A DNA stretch of 64,000 bases from an uncultured Actinomycetes bacterium (GCA_963704725.1 OY969934.1:3136001-3200000); one strand, 5' to 3'; positions 38,344 to 47,540 are shown, numbered from the stretch's first letter. Notes: a model not told the origin generated them from the sequence alone. Made by a program: numbers and translations.

Positions 38344-38397
38344 TCCCGCCCGCTCGAGGGGAGGCTGGACGCTTCCTCGCCCGCATAGGATGCGCGC

Positions 38398-39348
38398 GTG
38401 GAGCGGCGGAGGCTCGGTGCCAACGGCCCGGAGGTCGGCGTGATCGGCCTCGGCTGCATGCCGATGGACTGGGGCTACTTCGGCGGCGGGTCGAAGGAGG
38501 AGTCGATCCGCGTGCTCCACCGCGCCGTCGAGCTCGGCGTGACGCACTTCGACACCGCGGACGTCTACGGCCCGTTCACGAACGAGACGACCGTGGGCGA
38601 GGGCCTCCAACCCCATCGCGATGCCGTCGTCATCGCCACGAAGGTGGGCATGCGGGTCGGGCCGAACGGCGGCTACCCCCTGATCCACGACGCCCGCCCC
38701 GAGCGCATCGTGGCGGAGGTCGAGGGCTCGCTCCGCCGGCTGCGCACCGACGTGATCGACCTGCACTACCTCCATCGGATCGACGACGCGGTGCCGTTCG
38801 AGGATCAGTGGGGGGCGATGGCCTCGCTCGTCGACGCCGGGAAGGTCCGCCTGCTCGGCCTGTCGGAGGCGAGCGTGCCCGAGCTCGAGACGGCGATGGG
38901 GATCCACCCCGTGGCCGCGCTGCAATCGGAGCTCTCGCTGTGGACGCGGGACCCGATCGGCGGCGTCCTCGAGTGGTGCGCCGCGCACGGCGTGGCCTTC
39001 GTGCCGTTCTCGCCGCTCGGACGGGGGTACCTCACCGGCGCCGTCACGACCGCGTCCTTCGAGGGGCTCGACTTCCGCCGCACGAGCCCGCGCTTCACAC
39101 AGGCGGCGATCGACGCGAACCGCCGGATCGTCGAGGCGGTGCGCCGCGTGGGCGAACGCCACGGCGGGACCGCGGCCCAGGTCGCGATCGCGTGGTGCCT
39201 CGCCCAGGGCGACCACGTCCTGCCGATCCCGGGCACCAAGCGTCTGCGGTACCTGGAGGAGAACGTCGCCGCGGCGTCGCTCGCGCTGTCGACCGAGGAT
39301 CTCGCCGAGCTCGACCGCCTCCCCGAGGCCGTCGGCCCTCGGTACTGA
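38398..39348 (+). CDS. Aldo/keto reductase
   Basis: GLGCM, DTADVYG, ATKVG, YLHRID, FSPLGRG, IPGTKR. Confidence 0.93.
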   Translation: MERRRLGANGPEVGVIGLGCMPMDWGYFGGGSKEESIRVLHRAVELGVTHFDTADVYGPFTNETTVGEGLQPHRDAVVIATKVGMRVGPNGGYPLIHDARPERIVAEVEGSLRRLRTDVIDLHYLHRIDDAVPFEDQWGAMASLVDAGKVRLLGLSEASVPELETAMGIHPVAALQSELSLWTRDPIGGVLEWCAAHGVAFVPFSPLGRGYLTGAVTTASFEGLDFRRTSPRFTQAAIDANRRIVEAVRRVGERHGGTAAQVAIAWCLAQGDHVLPIPGTKRLRYLEENVAAASLALSTEDLAELDRLPEAVGPRY

Positions 39349-39426
39349 CCGACCAGGTCGACGACCACGCATCGTGCACAGCGGATCCTCCCGGTAGGCT
39401 CGGACCTGCCCGCGACCCTTCCGATC

Positions 39427-40845
39427 ATGCGATCACGCACAATCCTCGCGACCGTCGTCGTGTCCGCCGTGCTCCTCGCCGGCTGCACGGGCGACGCCGG
39501 TGAGTCGCCCTCGCCCTCCGCCGCCCCCGGCAGCCGGCCGCCGGCCACCTCCTCCCCCACCGCGAGTACCAAGACGTTCACGCTCCAGGTCGACCTCCGC
39601 GACGTCCGCGCCCAGGGCGTCGACGAGCGGCTCCGTGCGAGGGATCTGCGCGGTCCGGCCCGAGCGATCAAGCAGACGATGACGGAGCTGTACCGGATCG
39701 CGTTCGTCGACCCCGCCGAATGGGACGGCGGGCGCTTCCCGGGCCTGTTCCCGCTGTTCGCCGGCGACGCTCGCGCGGAGGCGGAGGGCGACCTGCAGCG
39801 GCTGACGCTGGGGCGGCAGGCCGGGCAGCTCGACGCAGTCCGGCCCCGCGTGGCCCGGCTCGACATGCGGTTCCTCGCGGATGCGCGGGACCGTCCCGAG
39901 CTGGCCGTCGCCGACATGCGATTCGAGGGCGTGGGCCTGGAGGGCGACCTCGAACGCCCCATCCGTCAGGACGCCGAGTACACCCTGCGCAAGGTGAACG
40001 GCACCTGGCGCATCGTCGGCTACGACGTCCACAGCCGGACGATCGCCGGGCCCACGAAGGCGGGCTTCGTGCCGGGGTTCCCGTCGCGCCGCACGACGTT
40101 CTTCCTCGTGATCGGCAGCGACGCCCGCCCCGGCCAATCGGTGACCCACACCCGCGCCGACTCCCTCCACATCGTCGGGGTGAACCCGCGGAAGGGGCGG
40201 GCGTCGGTGCTCGGCATCCCCCGCGACTCGTGGGTGCCGATCCCGGGATGGGGCACCGACAAGATCAACGCCTCGCTCGCCGTCGGGGGACCCGACCTCG
40301 TCGTGCAGACGGTGGAGCGGCTCTCGGGCATCCCCATCGACGGCTACGTCCTGACCGGCTTCCAGGGCTTCGAGCGCACGATCGCGGAGGTCGGCGGGAT
40401 CGACATCACGATCCCGTTCCCGATCTTCGACCGGTACGCGCACGCCCGGTTCCAGAAGGGGCGGGAGCACCTGTCCGCCCACGAGGCGCTCGCGTTCTCG
40501 CGCGCCCGCCACGCCCTGCCGAACGGCGACTTCGGCCGGTCCCTGAACCAGGGCCGGCTGCTGATCGCGGCCCTGTCGACCTTCCGCAAGGCCATCGGAG
40601 CTCACGGCAACGCGGCCCTGTTCGCATGGGCCATCGCGGCCGCGCGGCAGCTCCGCACCGATCTGTCGCCCACCGACGTCGTCGACCTGCTGCTCGCCGC
40701 GCCGGCGTTCGACCCGTCGCGCATCCGCAACGAGGTCGCGCAGGGTCGCGTCGGCAGCGCCGGCGGCAGGAGCGTCGTCTTCCTGACCGGCGGCGCGTAC
40801 GCGCAGTTCCGGGACCTGGCCCGTGACGGCCTGCTCGGCGGCTGA
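39427..40845 (+). CDS. LCP (LytR-CpsA-Psr) family lipoprotein with extra N-terminal domain
   Basis: Lipobox LLAGC; IGSDAR, RADSL, IPRD, SRAR, DFGRSLNQ. Confidence 0.88.
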   Translation: MRSRTILATVVVSAVLLAGCTGDAGESPSPSAAPGSRPPATSSPTASTKTFTLQVDLRDVRAQGVDERLRARDLRGPARAIKQTMTELYRIAFVDPAEWDGGRFPGLFPLFAGDARAEAEGDLQRLTLGRQAGQLDAVRPRVARLDMRFLADARDRPELAVADMRFEGVGLEGDLERPIRQDAEYTLRKVNGTWRIVGYDVHSRTIAGPTKAGFVPGFPSRRTTFFLVIGSDARPGQSVTHTRADSLHIVGVNPRKGRASVLGIPRDSWVPIPGWGTDKINASLAVGGPDLVVQTVERLSGIPIDGYVLTGFQGFERTIAEVGGIDITIPFPIFDRYAHARFQKGREHLSAHEALAFSRARHALPNGDFGRSLNQGRLLIAALSTFRKAIGAHGNAALFAWAIAAARQLRTDLSPTDVVDLLLAAPAFDPSRIRNEVAQGRVGSAGGRSVVFLTGGAYAQFRDLARDGLLGG

Positions 40846-40854
40846 GCCCCGGAC

Positions 40855-42378
40855 CTACGCGAGCTCGCCGACCGCGCACTCGACCGCGTCCAGGATCTCG
40901 CCGGAGCGGACGAGCTCCTTCATGCGGTCGTGGTCGGTATACAGAGGGCGGTCCTCGTCGAGGTGGTCGACGTGGCCGCGGATGACCTCGCGGGCGACCT
41001 GCACGCCCTTGCCCGGGGTGAACTCGCGGAAGTCGAGGGCCTGGGCCGCCGCCATCAGCTCGATCCCCAGGACGGCGTGGGCGTTCTCGAGGATCTGCTC
41101 GTTCTTCAGGGCGGTGTTCATGCCCATCGAGACGAAGTCCTCCTGATCGGCGGCGGCGGGGATCGACATCGTCGAGGCGGGCGCGGACAGGATCCGCTGC
41201 TCCACGATGAGCGTGTCGGCGGCGTACTGCGACAGCATCATCCCCGAGAAGAAGCCGGGGTCCGGCGTGAGGAAGTCGGGCAGCCCCTGGCTGAGCGCGG
41301 GGTTGGTCAGCCGGTTCAGCCGCCGCTCCGACAGCACCGAGACCATCGTCACGGCCTGCCCCACGAGCTCCATCGGCAGCGACACCGGCGTGCCCTGGAA
41401 GTTGGCCCCGGTGAGCGTGAGGCGCTCCTCGGGCAGGTACAGCGGGTTGTCGCCGACGCCGTTCAGCTCGATCTCGACCTGCGAGCGTGCGTACGCCGTC
41501 GCGTCGTGCGCCGCGCCGATCACCTGCGGCGAGGAACGCATCGAGTACGCGTCCTGCACCTTGGTCTTGATCCTGCCGGTCTGCAGGTCGCTGCCCTCGA
41601 TGCAGCGCATGATCGACCGCGCGCTGCGGATCGCGCCGGCGAACCCGCGGAGCTCGTGCACACGGGCGTCGTACGGCTTGAGGTTGGCCAGGAGCGCCTC
41701 GAGCGACATCGCGCACGCGATCTCGGCCTGGCGGAGCCAGCGATCGACGTCGCGCAGCAGCAGCGCGCTCATCGCGGTCAGGACGTTCGAGCCGTTGATC
41801 GCGGCGAGCCCGTCGCGCGCCTTCAGCCCGGGGACGGCGATGCCGGCTCGCTCCATAGCCTCATGGCCGGGGAGGCGTTCGCCGTCCACGTACGCCTCGC
41901 CCTCGCCGAGGAGCAGCAGCGCGATCTGCGACATCGGCGCGAGATCGCCGCTCGCGCCCACGGAGCCTCGGCGGCACACCACGGGCGTGACCCCGCGGTT
42001 CAGCATCTCGACGTACGTCGCCGGGATCTCCGGCCGGCACGCCGAGTGTCCGCGGGCGTGGACGTTCACCCGGGAGGCCATCGCCGCGCGCACGACGTCG
42101 GGGGGCGAGGGCTCGCCGATGCCGGCGGCGTGGTTGTAGACGAGGTACCGCTGGAACCGCTCGACCTGCTCGCCGGACAGGACGACCTCGGAGAACTCGC
42201 CGATGCCCGTGTTGGTCCCGTACATGATCTCGCCCGCCGCGAGCTTGTCCTCGAGCATGGCCCGGCACGCCGCGATCCTCCGCACCGCCGCGGGATCGAG
42301 CTCCACGGGCTCGCGTCCACGCGCGATCCGAGCCAGTCCGTCGATCGTGAGCGAGGTGCCATCGAGGACGACGGTCAT
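40855..42378 (-). CDS. MIO-dependent aromatic amino acid ammonia-lyase (HAL/PAL/TAL family)
   Basis: YGTNTGIG, GSVGASGDLAP (ASG), QDAYSMR, DNP, QEDFVSMG. Confidence 0.9.
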   Translation of the reverse strand: MTVVLDGTSLTIDGLARIARGREPVELDPAAVRRIAACRAMLEDKLAAGEIMYGTNTGIGEFSEVVLSGEQVERFQRYLVYNHAAGIGEPSPPDVVRAAMASRVNVHARGHSACRPEIPATYVEMLNRGVTPVVCRRGSVGASGDLAPMSQIALLLLGEGEAYVDGERLPGHEAMERAGIAVPGLKARDGLAAINGSNVLTAMSALLLRDVDRWLRQAEIACAMSLEALLANLKPYDARVHELRGFAGAIRSARSIMRCIEGSDLQTGRIKTKVQDAYSMRSSPQVIGAAHDATAYARSQVEIELNGVGDNPLYLPEERLTLTGANFQGTPVSLPMELVGQAVTMVSVLSERRLNRLTNPALSQGLPDFLTPDPGFFSGMMLSQYAADTLIVEQRILSAPASTMSIPAAADQEDFVSMGMNTALKNEQILENAHAVLGIELMAAAQALDFREFTPGKGVQVAREVIRGHVDHLDEDRPLYTDHDRMKELVRSGEILDAVECAVGELA

Positions 42379-42522
42379 GGCGAGGCTCCTGTGTCGGTCA
42401 CCCCATGCTGGCAACCCCGCGGGGCGGGGCAGGGGCCGCCCGACCCACCGCCGGCGGGTCGGGCGGACCGGGGCGCCGCCGCGGCGATCGGTCGGTAGCA
42501 TCGGAGCCGGTCCCGCCCACCG

Positions 42523-43173
42523 ATGCCACGCATCCTCGCCGTCGCCGACGAACCGTTCCCGGGCCTACCGGACGTCCTGGAGTCCCGGCCCGACCTCGTG
42601 CTGTCCTGCGGCGACCTGCCCTGGGAGGACCTCGAGCGGATCGTGGACCTGGCGAACGTGCCGCTGCTGTTCGTCCCGGGCAACCACGACCCGGCGCTGG
42701 TCCCCGCCAGCCGTCCGGTCTGGCCGCCCTCGATCGAGTTCCGCGACCTGGACGACCCCCCCGGCCCGCGCGGGTGCACGAACGTCGACGGCCGGATCGA
42801 GGACGCGGCCGGCCTGCGGATCGCCGGGCTGGGCGGTTCGATCCGGTACCGCCCGGGCCCCAACCAGTACTCGCAGGGGCAGATGGCCCGGCGGGCGAGG
42901 AAGCTGGGACGGCGCGCCCGGTGGCGGCGGCTGCGGGACGGGCGCGGGGTCGACGTCATGATCGCGCACTCCCCACCGAAGGGACTCGGCGACGAGGACG
43001 ATCGCCCGCACGAGGGGTTCGAGTCGTTCCACGCGCTCGTGCGAAAGCTGCGGCCGCGGCTCATGCTCCACGGCCACATCCACCCGTACGGGATCGTCCG
43101 ACCCGATCGTTACCTGGACGACACGCGGGTGATCAATGTCGTCCCCTTCAAGGTGATAGACCTCGAGCCGTGA
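42523..43173 (+). CDS. Calcineurin-like metallophosphoesterase
   Basis: AVAD, CGD, PGNHD, HSPP, HGHIH. Confidence 0.9.
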   Translation: MPRILAVADEPFPGLPDVLESRPDLVLSCGDLPWEDLERIVDLANVPLLFVPGNHDPALVPASRPVWPPSIEFRDLDDPPGPRGCTNVDGRIEDAAGLRIAGLGGSIRYRPGPNQYSQGQMARRARKLGRRARWRRLRDGRGVDVMIAHSPPKGLGDEDDRPHEGFESFHALVRKLRPRLMLHGHIHPYGIVRPDRYLDDTRVINVVPFKVIDLEP

Positions 43174-44018
43174 ACCCGCCGAAGGACTACGTGCGCTCGA
43201 CGTGGCGCAAGGCGCGCCGGCGCGAGGCTTACCGCCGCCTGTCGCAGATCGCCGGGCGTCACCGGTCACAACCGCTGCTCATGCTCGACGAGGTCTCGCG
43301 GCGGCTCCGCGCGTTCGAGCAGACGTACGTCGGCGTCCGGCCGATCCGCGTCGCGGACGTCGTCGGCACGGTCAGCCGGATCGACGACTTCGACCGCGAC
43401 TTCCTGCCGAAGCGCTCCAAGATCCAGGAGCGCTGGCGCAGCGTGGAGGAGACGTATCCCGAGGGCGACTTCCCGCCGATCGTCGTCTACGAGCTCGACG
43501 GGCGGTACTTCGTCGTGGACGGCCACCACCGCGTGGCGATCGCGCGGCAGCGCGGCATCGAGTTCCTCGACGCCGAGATCACGCGGCTGCGGTCGCGGTG
43601 GCCGCTCCCGCCGGACGCCGACATCGGCGCCATCATCATGGCGGAGCAGTGCCGCCGCTTCCTCGAGGAGTCGGGGCTCGAGCGAGCGCGGCCGGAGGTC
43701 AAGATCGAGTTCAGCCGGCCGCAGGGATACATCGAGCTGCTCGAGCACATCAAGATCCACGGCTTCCACCTCCTCATGGAGCGGAAGGCCCCGCTCTCGA
43801 TGGAGGAGATCGCCGGCGACTGGTACGACCGCGTCTACCTGCCGACCGTGGAAGCGATCCACCGCGAGGGTCTGCACGAGCTGTGGCCTCGCGCCACCCA
43901 CGCCGACCTGTTCCTGTGGGTGGGGCAGCGCCGGCGCGAGCTGTTCCCCGAGCGTGACGACCTCGGCATCGAGGAAGGGGTCCGGGTGGCCCGCGAGCGC
44001 GCCCGGCCGACGCGCTGA
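43170..44018 (+). CDS. ParB/Srx N-terminal-like domain protein with helical C-terminal domain
   Basis: GTVSRIDDFDRDFLP, FPPIVVY, YFVVDGHHRVA; GTGA overlap with the phosphoesterase. Confidence 0.8.
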   Translation: MNPPKDYVRSTWRKARRREAYRRLSQIAGRHRSQPLLMLDEVSRRLRAFEQTYVGVRPIRVADVVGTVSRIDDFDRDFLPKRSKIQERWRSVEETYPEGDFPPIVVYELDGRYFVVDGHHRVAIARQRGIEFLDAEITRLRSRWPLPPDADIGAIIMAEQCRRFLEESGLERARPEVKIEFSRPQGYIELLEHIKIHGFHLLMERKAPLSMEEIAGDWYDRVYLPTVEAIHREGLHELWPRATHADLFLWVGQRRRELFPERDDLGIEEGVRVARERARPTR

Positions 44019-44165
44019 GGCGCCGGGACATCGGGAAACATCAGTTCTCGGGCGTTTGCGACGCGTCCCGGTGGGTAGCCATCGCCGAAGCTCCAGGTCA
44101 CTCGACAGGCGGGTAGGCGTTCGCGAGCCCGCGACGTCCCGCCCAGCCACGGGAGGTGGTTGCCC

Positions 44166-45062
44166 ATGTGGAGATCCATGCGATCGGTCGGCACACGGTC
44201 GCTCCTCGTCACGCTGATCGCCGGGTCGATGGTCGCCCTGGAAGGCGCGCCGGCGCTCGCCGCCCCGCCGACGATCACGTCCTTCTCTCCGACCTGCGGA
44301 GCGGTGGGCACGACCGTCATCATCACCGGCACGGCCTTCCAGGATGCGCCGAGCGCCGTCTCGGCCGTGACCTTCAACGTCACCGCGGCGACGACGTTCA
44401 TCGTGAACTCGGATACGCAGATCACGGCCACGGTTCCGGCCGGCGCCACGTCGGGTGCGATCGCCGTGACGGACTCGGAGGGCACGGCAACGAGCACGTC
44501 GAACTTCACGGTGGCGACGGCCGCAGGGCCGTGCATCTCCAGCTTCACCCCGACGACCGGCGGCGCCGGCACGGTGGTGACGATCACCGGTGGAGGCCTC
44601 ACGGGTGCGACGGCGGTGACGTTCGGGGGCGTCGCGGCGACCACCTTCACGGTCGACTCCGCCACGCAGATCACGGCCACGGTTCCCGCGACCGCGGTCA
44701 CGGGCCCGATCGTCGTCACGACGCCGGCGGGGACGGCGACGAGCGCGACCAACTTCACCGTGACCACGGGGACGAGCGACCACGCTCGGGCGGTGACGCT
44801 CCGGCTGCGGGGTCATCTCAGAGCACGAGGGACGGTGACCTCGGATCTCGATGCCTGCATGAGTGGCGTCACCGTGAAGATCCAGCGGCGCAAGGGCGGA
44901 TGGAGGACGGTCAAGAGCGTCGCCACGAACGACGCCGGGAAGTACGCCGCCGAGATCCGCGACCGGGCGGGGCGGTACCGCGCCCTCGTCCCGGCCAGCT
45001 CGGCGGGTCCCAACGACACCTGCGCCCGGGCGAAGTCGCCGAAGGTGCGGCACCGGGACTGA
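44166..45062 (+). CDS. Secreted protein with two IPT/TIG domains and a C-terminal Cys-paired module
   Basis: Signal peptide; two copies of ITSFSPT.G..GT.V.ITG...SDTQITATVP. Confidence 0.85.
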   Translation: MWRSMRSVGTRSLLVTLIAGSMVALEGAPALAAPPTITSFSPTCGAVGTTVIITGTAFQDAPSAVSAVTFNVTAATTFIVNSDTQITATVPAGATSGAIAVTDSEGTATSTSNFTVATAAGPCISSFTPTTGGAGTVVTITGGGLTGATAVTFGGVAATTFTVDSATQITATVPATAVTGPIVVTTPAGTATSATNFTVTTGTSDHARAVTLRLRGHLRARGTVTSDLDACMSGVTVKIQRRKGGWRTVKSVATNDAGKYAAEIRDRAGRYRALVPASSAGPNDTCARAKSPKVRHRD

Positions 45063-45087
45063 CGCCGCGGCGACCACGAGGCACCAC

Positions 45088-45135
45088 GAACGACGATCCC
45101 TCCCGGGGCCTGAGCCGCGGGAGGGATCGTCGTTC
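45088..45135 (+). terminator. Strong stem-loop after the IPT gene
   Basis: GAACGACGATCCCTCCCG...CGGGAGGGATCGTCGTTC 18-bp perfect stem. Confidence 0.75.
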
Positions 45136-45152
45136 TCGTGACACCATGTGGC

Positions 45153-45866
45153 ATGGCCACCGGTCCGCTCGCGCTCGTCGGCGGCGATGAGCTGAAACCG
45201 GGGAACGAGCCGCACGACGGCGAGCTCGCCCGGGCGGCGGGCGACGGGCCGGCATTCGTCCTGGCCACCGCCGCCGCCCGCCAGCGCCCCGACCTCGCCG
45301 TCGCGAACGCGGTCCGGTGGTTCGCCGCGTTCGGTCTGGGCGTCGAGGAGCTCCCCGCGGTACGGCGATCGGACGTCACCTCGACCGCGAACGCCGAGCG
45401 CGCCGCCGGCGGCCGGTTCTTCTACCTCGTGGGCGGGGACCCGGGGCTCGTGCCCAGGATCCTCGCGGGCTCGCCGCTCTGGGATGCCGTGGTCGGAGCG
45501 TGGCGGGCGGGCGCGGCGCTCGCCGGCTCCTCGGCCGGGGCCATGGCGCTGTGCGAGTGGACCCTGGTGCGAGCACGGATGCCCGGCGACCACCAGCGGC
45601 GGTTCGCGCCGGCGCTGGGGCTCGTGCCCGGCGTCGCGTTCCTCCCCCACTTCGAGACCTTCGGGCACCGATGGATCGACAGCGCCTCGTCGCGCGAGGA
45701 CGCCGTCCTGCTCGGCGTCGATGAGCGCACCGCAGCCCTGTGGACGGGCGGGAGGTGGCGCGCCACCGGCGGCGGCGGCGTGACGGTGATCACGGGCGGC
45801 TCGGCCCGCCGGTTCGAGGCCGGCTCGGACGTCGAGGGCCTTCCCCACCCGGCGACGGCGGGGTGA
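45153..45866 (+). CDS. Peptidase S51 / cyanophycinase-like protein
   Basis: LVGGDE, YLVGGDPG, GSSAGAM, LPHF, GVDERTA. Confidence 0.85.
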   Translation: MATGPLALVGGDELKPGNEPHDGELARAAGDGPAFVLATAAARQRPDLAVANAVRWFAAFGLGVEELPAVRRSDVTSTANAERAAGGRFFYLVGGDPGLVPRILAGSPLWDAVVGAWRAGAALAGSSAGAMALCEWTLVRARMPGDHQRRFAPALGLVPGVAFLPHFETFGHRWIDSASSREDAVLLGVDERTAALWTGGRWRATGGGGVTVITGGSARRFEAGSDVEGLPHPATAG

Positions 45867-45897
45867 CGCTGCGGCGGCCAGCCGGGAGCATGGGTGG

Positions 45898-46992
45898 ATG
45901 AGCGCGCGCGTGTGGAACTTCTCGCCGGGCCCGGCCATGCTCCCCCCCTCGGTCGTGGAGGAGGCCCGAGAGCACCTGCTCGCGCTCCCCGGGGCCGGGG
46001 CGTCGATCCTGGAGATCAGCCACCGTTCGCCGGCGTTCGACCGCGTCATCGAGGAGGCGGAGGCGAACCTGCGGGGACTGCTCGAGATCCCGGACACCCA
46101 CCGCGTGCTGTTCCTGCAGGGCGGGGCCTCGCTGCAGTTCTCGATGGCTCCGATGAACCTGCTCCGGGGGCGCGACGTCCCGGCCGCGTACGTCGTCTCC
46201 GGCTCGTGGGGCGCCCGGGCCGTGGCCGAGGCACGGAAGGAAGGCCCGGCCGAGATCGTCTGGGACGGGCGAGCGGACGGCTTCACGGACGTTCCCGATC
46301 TCGAGGCGCTGTCGGTGACCGGGGCCGCGTACCTCCATGTCACGTCGAACGAGACGATCCAGGGGGTCGAGTTCCCCCCCGGGTTCGAGCCGTCCTCCGG
46401 ATCGCCGTTGGTGTGCGACGCGTCGAGCGACTTCCTGTCCCGACCCCTGCCGATCGATCGCTACGGCCTGCTGTACGCGGGCGCGCAGAAGAACGCCGGC
46501 CCTGCTGGGCTGACGATCGCCGCGATCCGTGGTGACGTCCTCGGCAGGGTCCCCGAGGGCCTTCCCACCATGCTCGACTACCGCACGTTCTCCGAGCACG
46601 GCTCCCGCTACAACACGCCGCCCGTGTTCGCCGTCTACGTGCTGATGCTCGTCACCCGGTGGCTCCGCGACGAGATCGGCGGCCTCGACAAGGTGTTCGA
46701 GCGGAACCGGGAGAAGGCCCGCCTGCTGTACGAGGGGATCGACGCGAGCGACGGGTTCTACCGAGGCCACGCCGGCGCCGGCGCCCGGTCGCTGATGAAC
46801 GTCACGTTCCGGCTTGCCTCGCCGGAACTCGAGTCGGCCTTCCTGGAGGAGGCCGCGCGCTCCGACCTCGTCGAGCTACGAGGACATCGAAGCGTCGGCG
46901 GGATCCGCGCCTCGATCTACAACGCGATGCCGGTCGAGGGGGTTCGCGCGCTGCGCGAGCTCATGGACGGCTTCCGCTCGCGCCACGCCTGA
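45898..46992 (+). CDS. serC: Phosphoserine aminotransferase
   Basis: NFSPGPA, SHRS, GAQKNAGPAG, NTPP, GHRSVGGIRASIYNAM. Confidence 0.95.
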   Translation: MSARVWNFSPGPAMLPPSVVEEAREHLLALPGAGASILEISHRSPAFDRVIEEAEANLRGLLEIPDTHRVLFLQGGASLQFSMAPMNLLRGRDVPAAYVVSGSWGARAVAEARKEGPAEIVWDGRADGFTDVPDLEALSVTGAAYLHVTSNETIQGVEFPPGFEPSSGSPLVCDASSDFLSRPLPIDRYGLLYAGAQKNAGPAGLTIAAIRGDVLGRVPEGLPTMLDYRTFSEHGSRYNTPPVFAVYVLMLVTRWLRDEIGGLDKVFERNREKARLLYEGIDASDGFYRGHAGAGARSLMNVTFRLASPELESAFLEEAARSDLVELRGHRSVGGIRASIYNAMPVEGVRALRELMDGFRSRHA

Positions 46993-47056
46993 GCGAGGAA
47001 GCGCCGGGACCGACGCGGTGGGGGGCTCCCGCCCACGAGACCGGCCCCGGCGCAGC

Positions 47057-47266
47057 TCAGTCGATGAGGCGGTACCGCTCGGCGTCGCCCTCCGCCAGCT
47101 CGCGAGCGTACGAGTCGTGGATCACACCGCCGGACGTGACCGGCGTCCAGACCCAGATGCCGTTCCGGAGGTACTGCGCACCCTGTTCGAGACGATCGAG
47201 TCGCACGCGGAAGACCACCCCGTCGAGCTGGTAGTACCGCTCCTGGAGGGTGAGGGTCGTGTCCAT
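47057..47266 (-). CDS. Small hypothetical protein (69 aa) downstream of the peptide gene
   Basis: AGGAG RBS; aromatic-rich globular composition with high third-position GC. Confidence 0.7.
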   Translation of the reverse strand: MDTTLTLQERYYQLDGVVFRVRLDRLEQGAQYLRNGIWVWTPVTSGGVIHDSYARELAEGDAERYRLID

Positions 47267-47292
47267 CGGGCTCTCCTACCGGGGGTCTGCGT

Positions 47293-47328
47293 TCGAGGCG
47301 GGGGTTCCCCGGTACCCCCCGTCCTCGA
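47293..47328 (-). terminator. GC-rich hairpin just after the peptide gene
   Basis: TCGAGGCGGGGG...CCCCCCGTCCTCGA imperfect inverted repeat 5 nt past the stop. Confidence 0.5.
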
Positions 47329-47333
47329 TGGGC

Positions 47334-47438
47334 CTAGTGCTTCGGCCAGCTGGCCGCCCCCGCGACCAACATCGCCGCGAGCGTCCCGAGCGTGAGCGCC
47401 AGGGCGCGGGCCCGAACCTTCCATCCGCGTGCGCGCAT
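47334..47438 (-). CDS. 34-aa secreted peptide precursor, putative signalling pheromone (MRARGWKVRARALALTLGTLAAMLVAGAASWPKH)
   Basis: Below the ORF-track cutoff. AAGGAGG RBS 7 nt before ATG; basic n-region, hydrophobic h-region, AGA/GAA cleavage site, short polar tail. Confidence 0.75.
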   Translation of the reverse strand: MRARGWKVRARALALTLGTLAAMLVAGAASWPKH

Positions 47439-47472
47439 CGGACTGCCTCCTTCTTCCCGATGCTTCGCCGCG

Positions 47473-47501
47473 AATGTAACTTCATACTTGTCTCCCAGCA
47501 A
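47473..47501 (-). promoter_or_regulatory. sigma70-type promoter of the peptide gene
   Basis: TTGCTG-N17-TACATT. Confidence 0.65.
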
Positions 47502-47510
47502 CCTCACTGG

Positions 47511-47540
47511 TTAAGTTCGGCAGACTGCTGCCGAGGTTTA
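47511..47540. promoter_or_regulatory. Inverted repeat, putative HTH-TPR binding site
   Basis: TTAAGT-TCGGCAG-ACTG-CTGCCGA-GGTTTA; perfect 7-bp core just upstream of the peptide -35 box. Confidence 0.5.

Noticed and set aside
38198-38397. c-di-GMP riboswitch upstream of tadE
   Set aside because: Neither the class I (GGCAAAC...GACGCAAAG) nor the class II pattern could be found.
44270-44765. Repeated CGCAGATCACGGCCACGGTTCC segments
   Set aside because: Explained by the two IPT/TIG domains of one protein.
47276-47485. 69-aa track ORF MKLHSRR...
   Set aside because: No RBS and it starts inside the predicted promoter; the 34-aa frame has the RBS and a coherent signal-peptide pattern.
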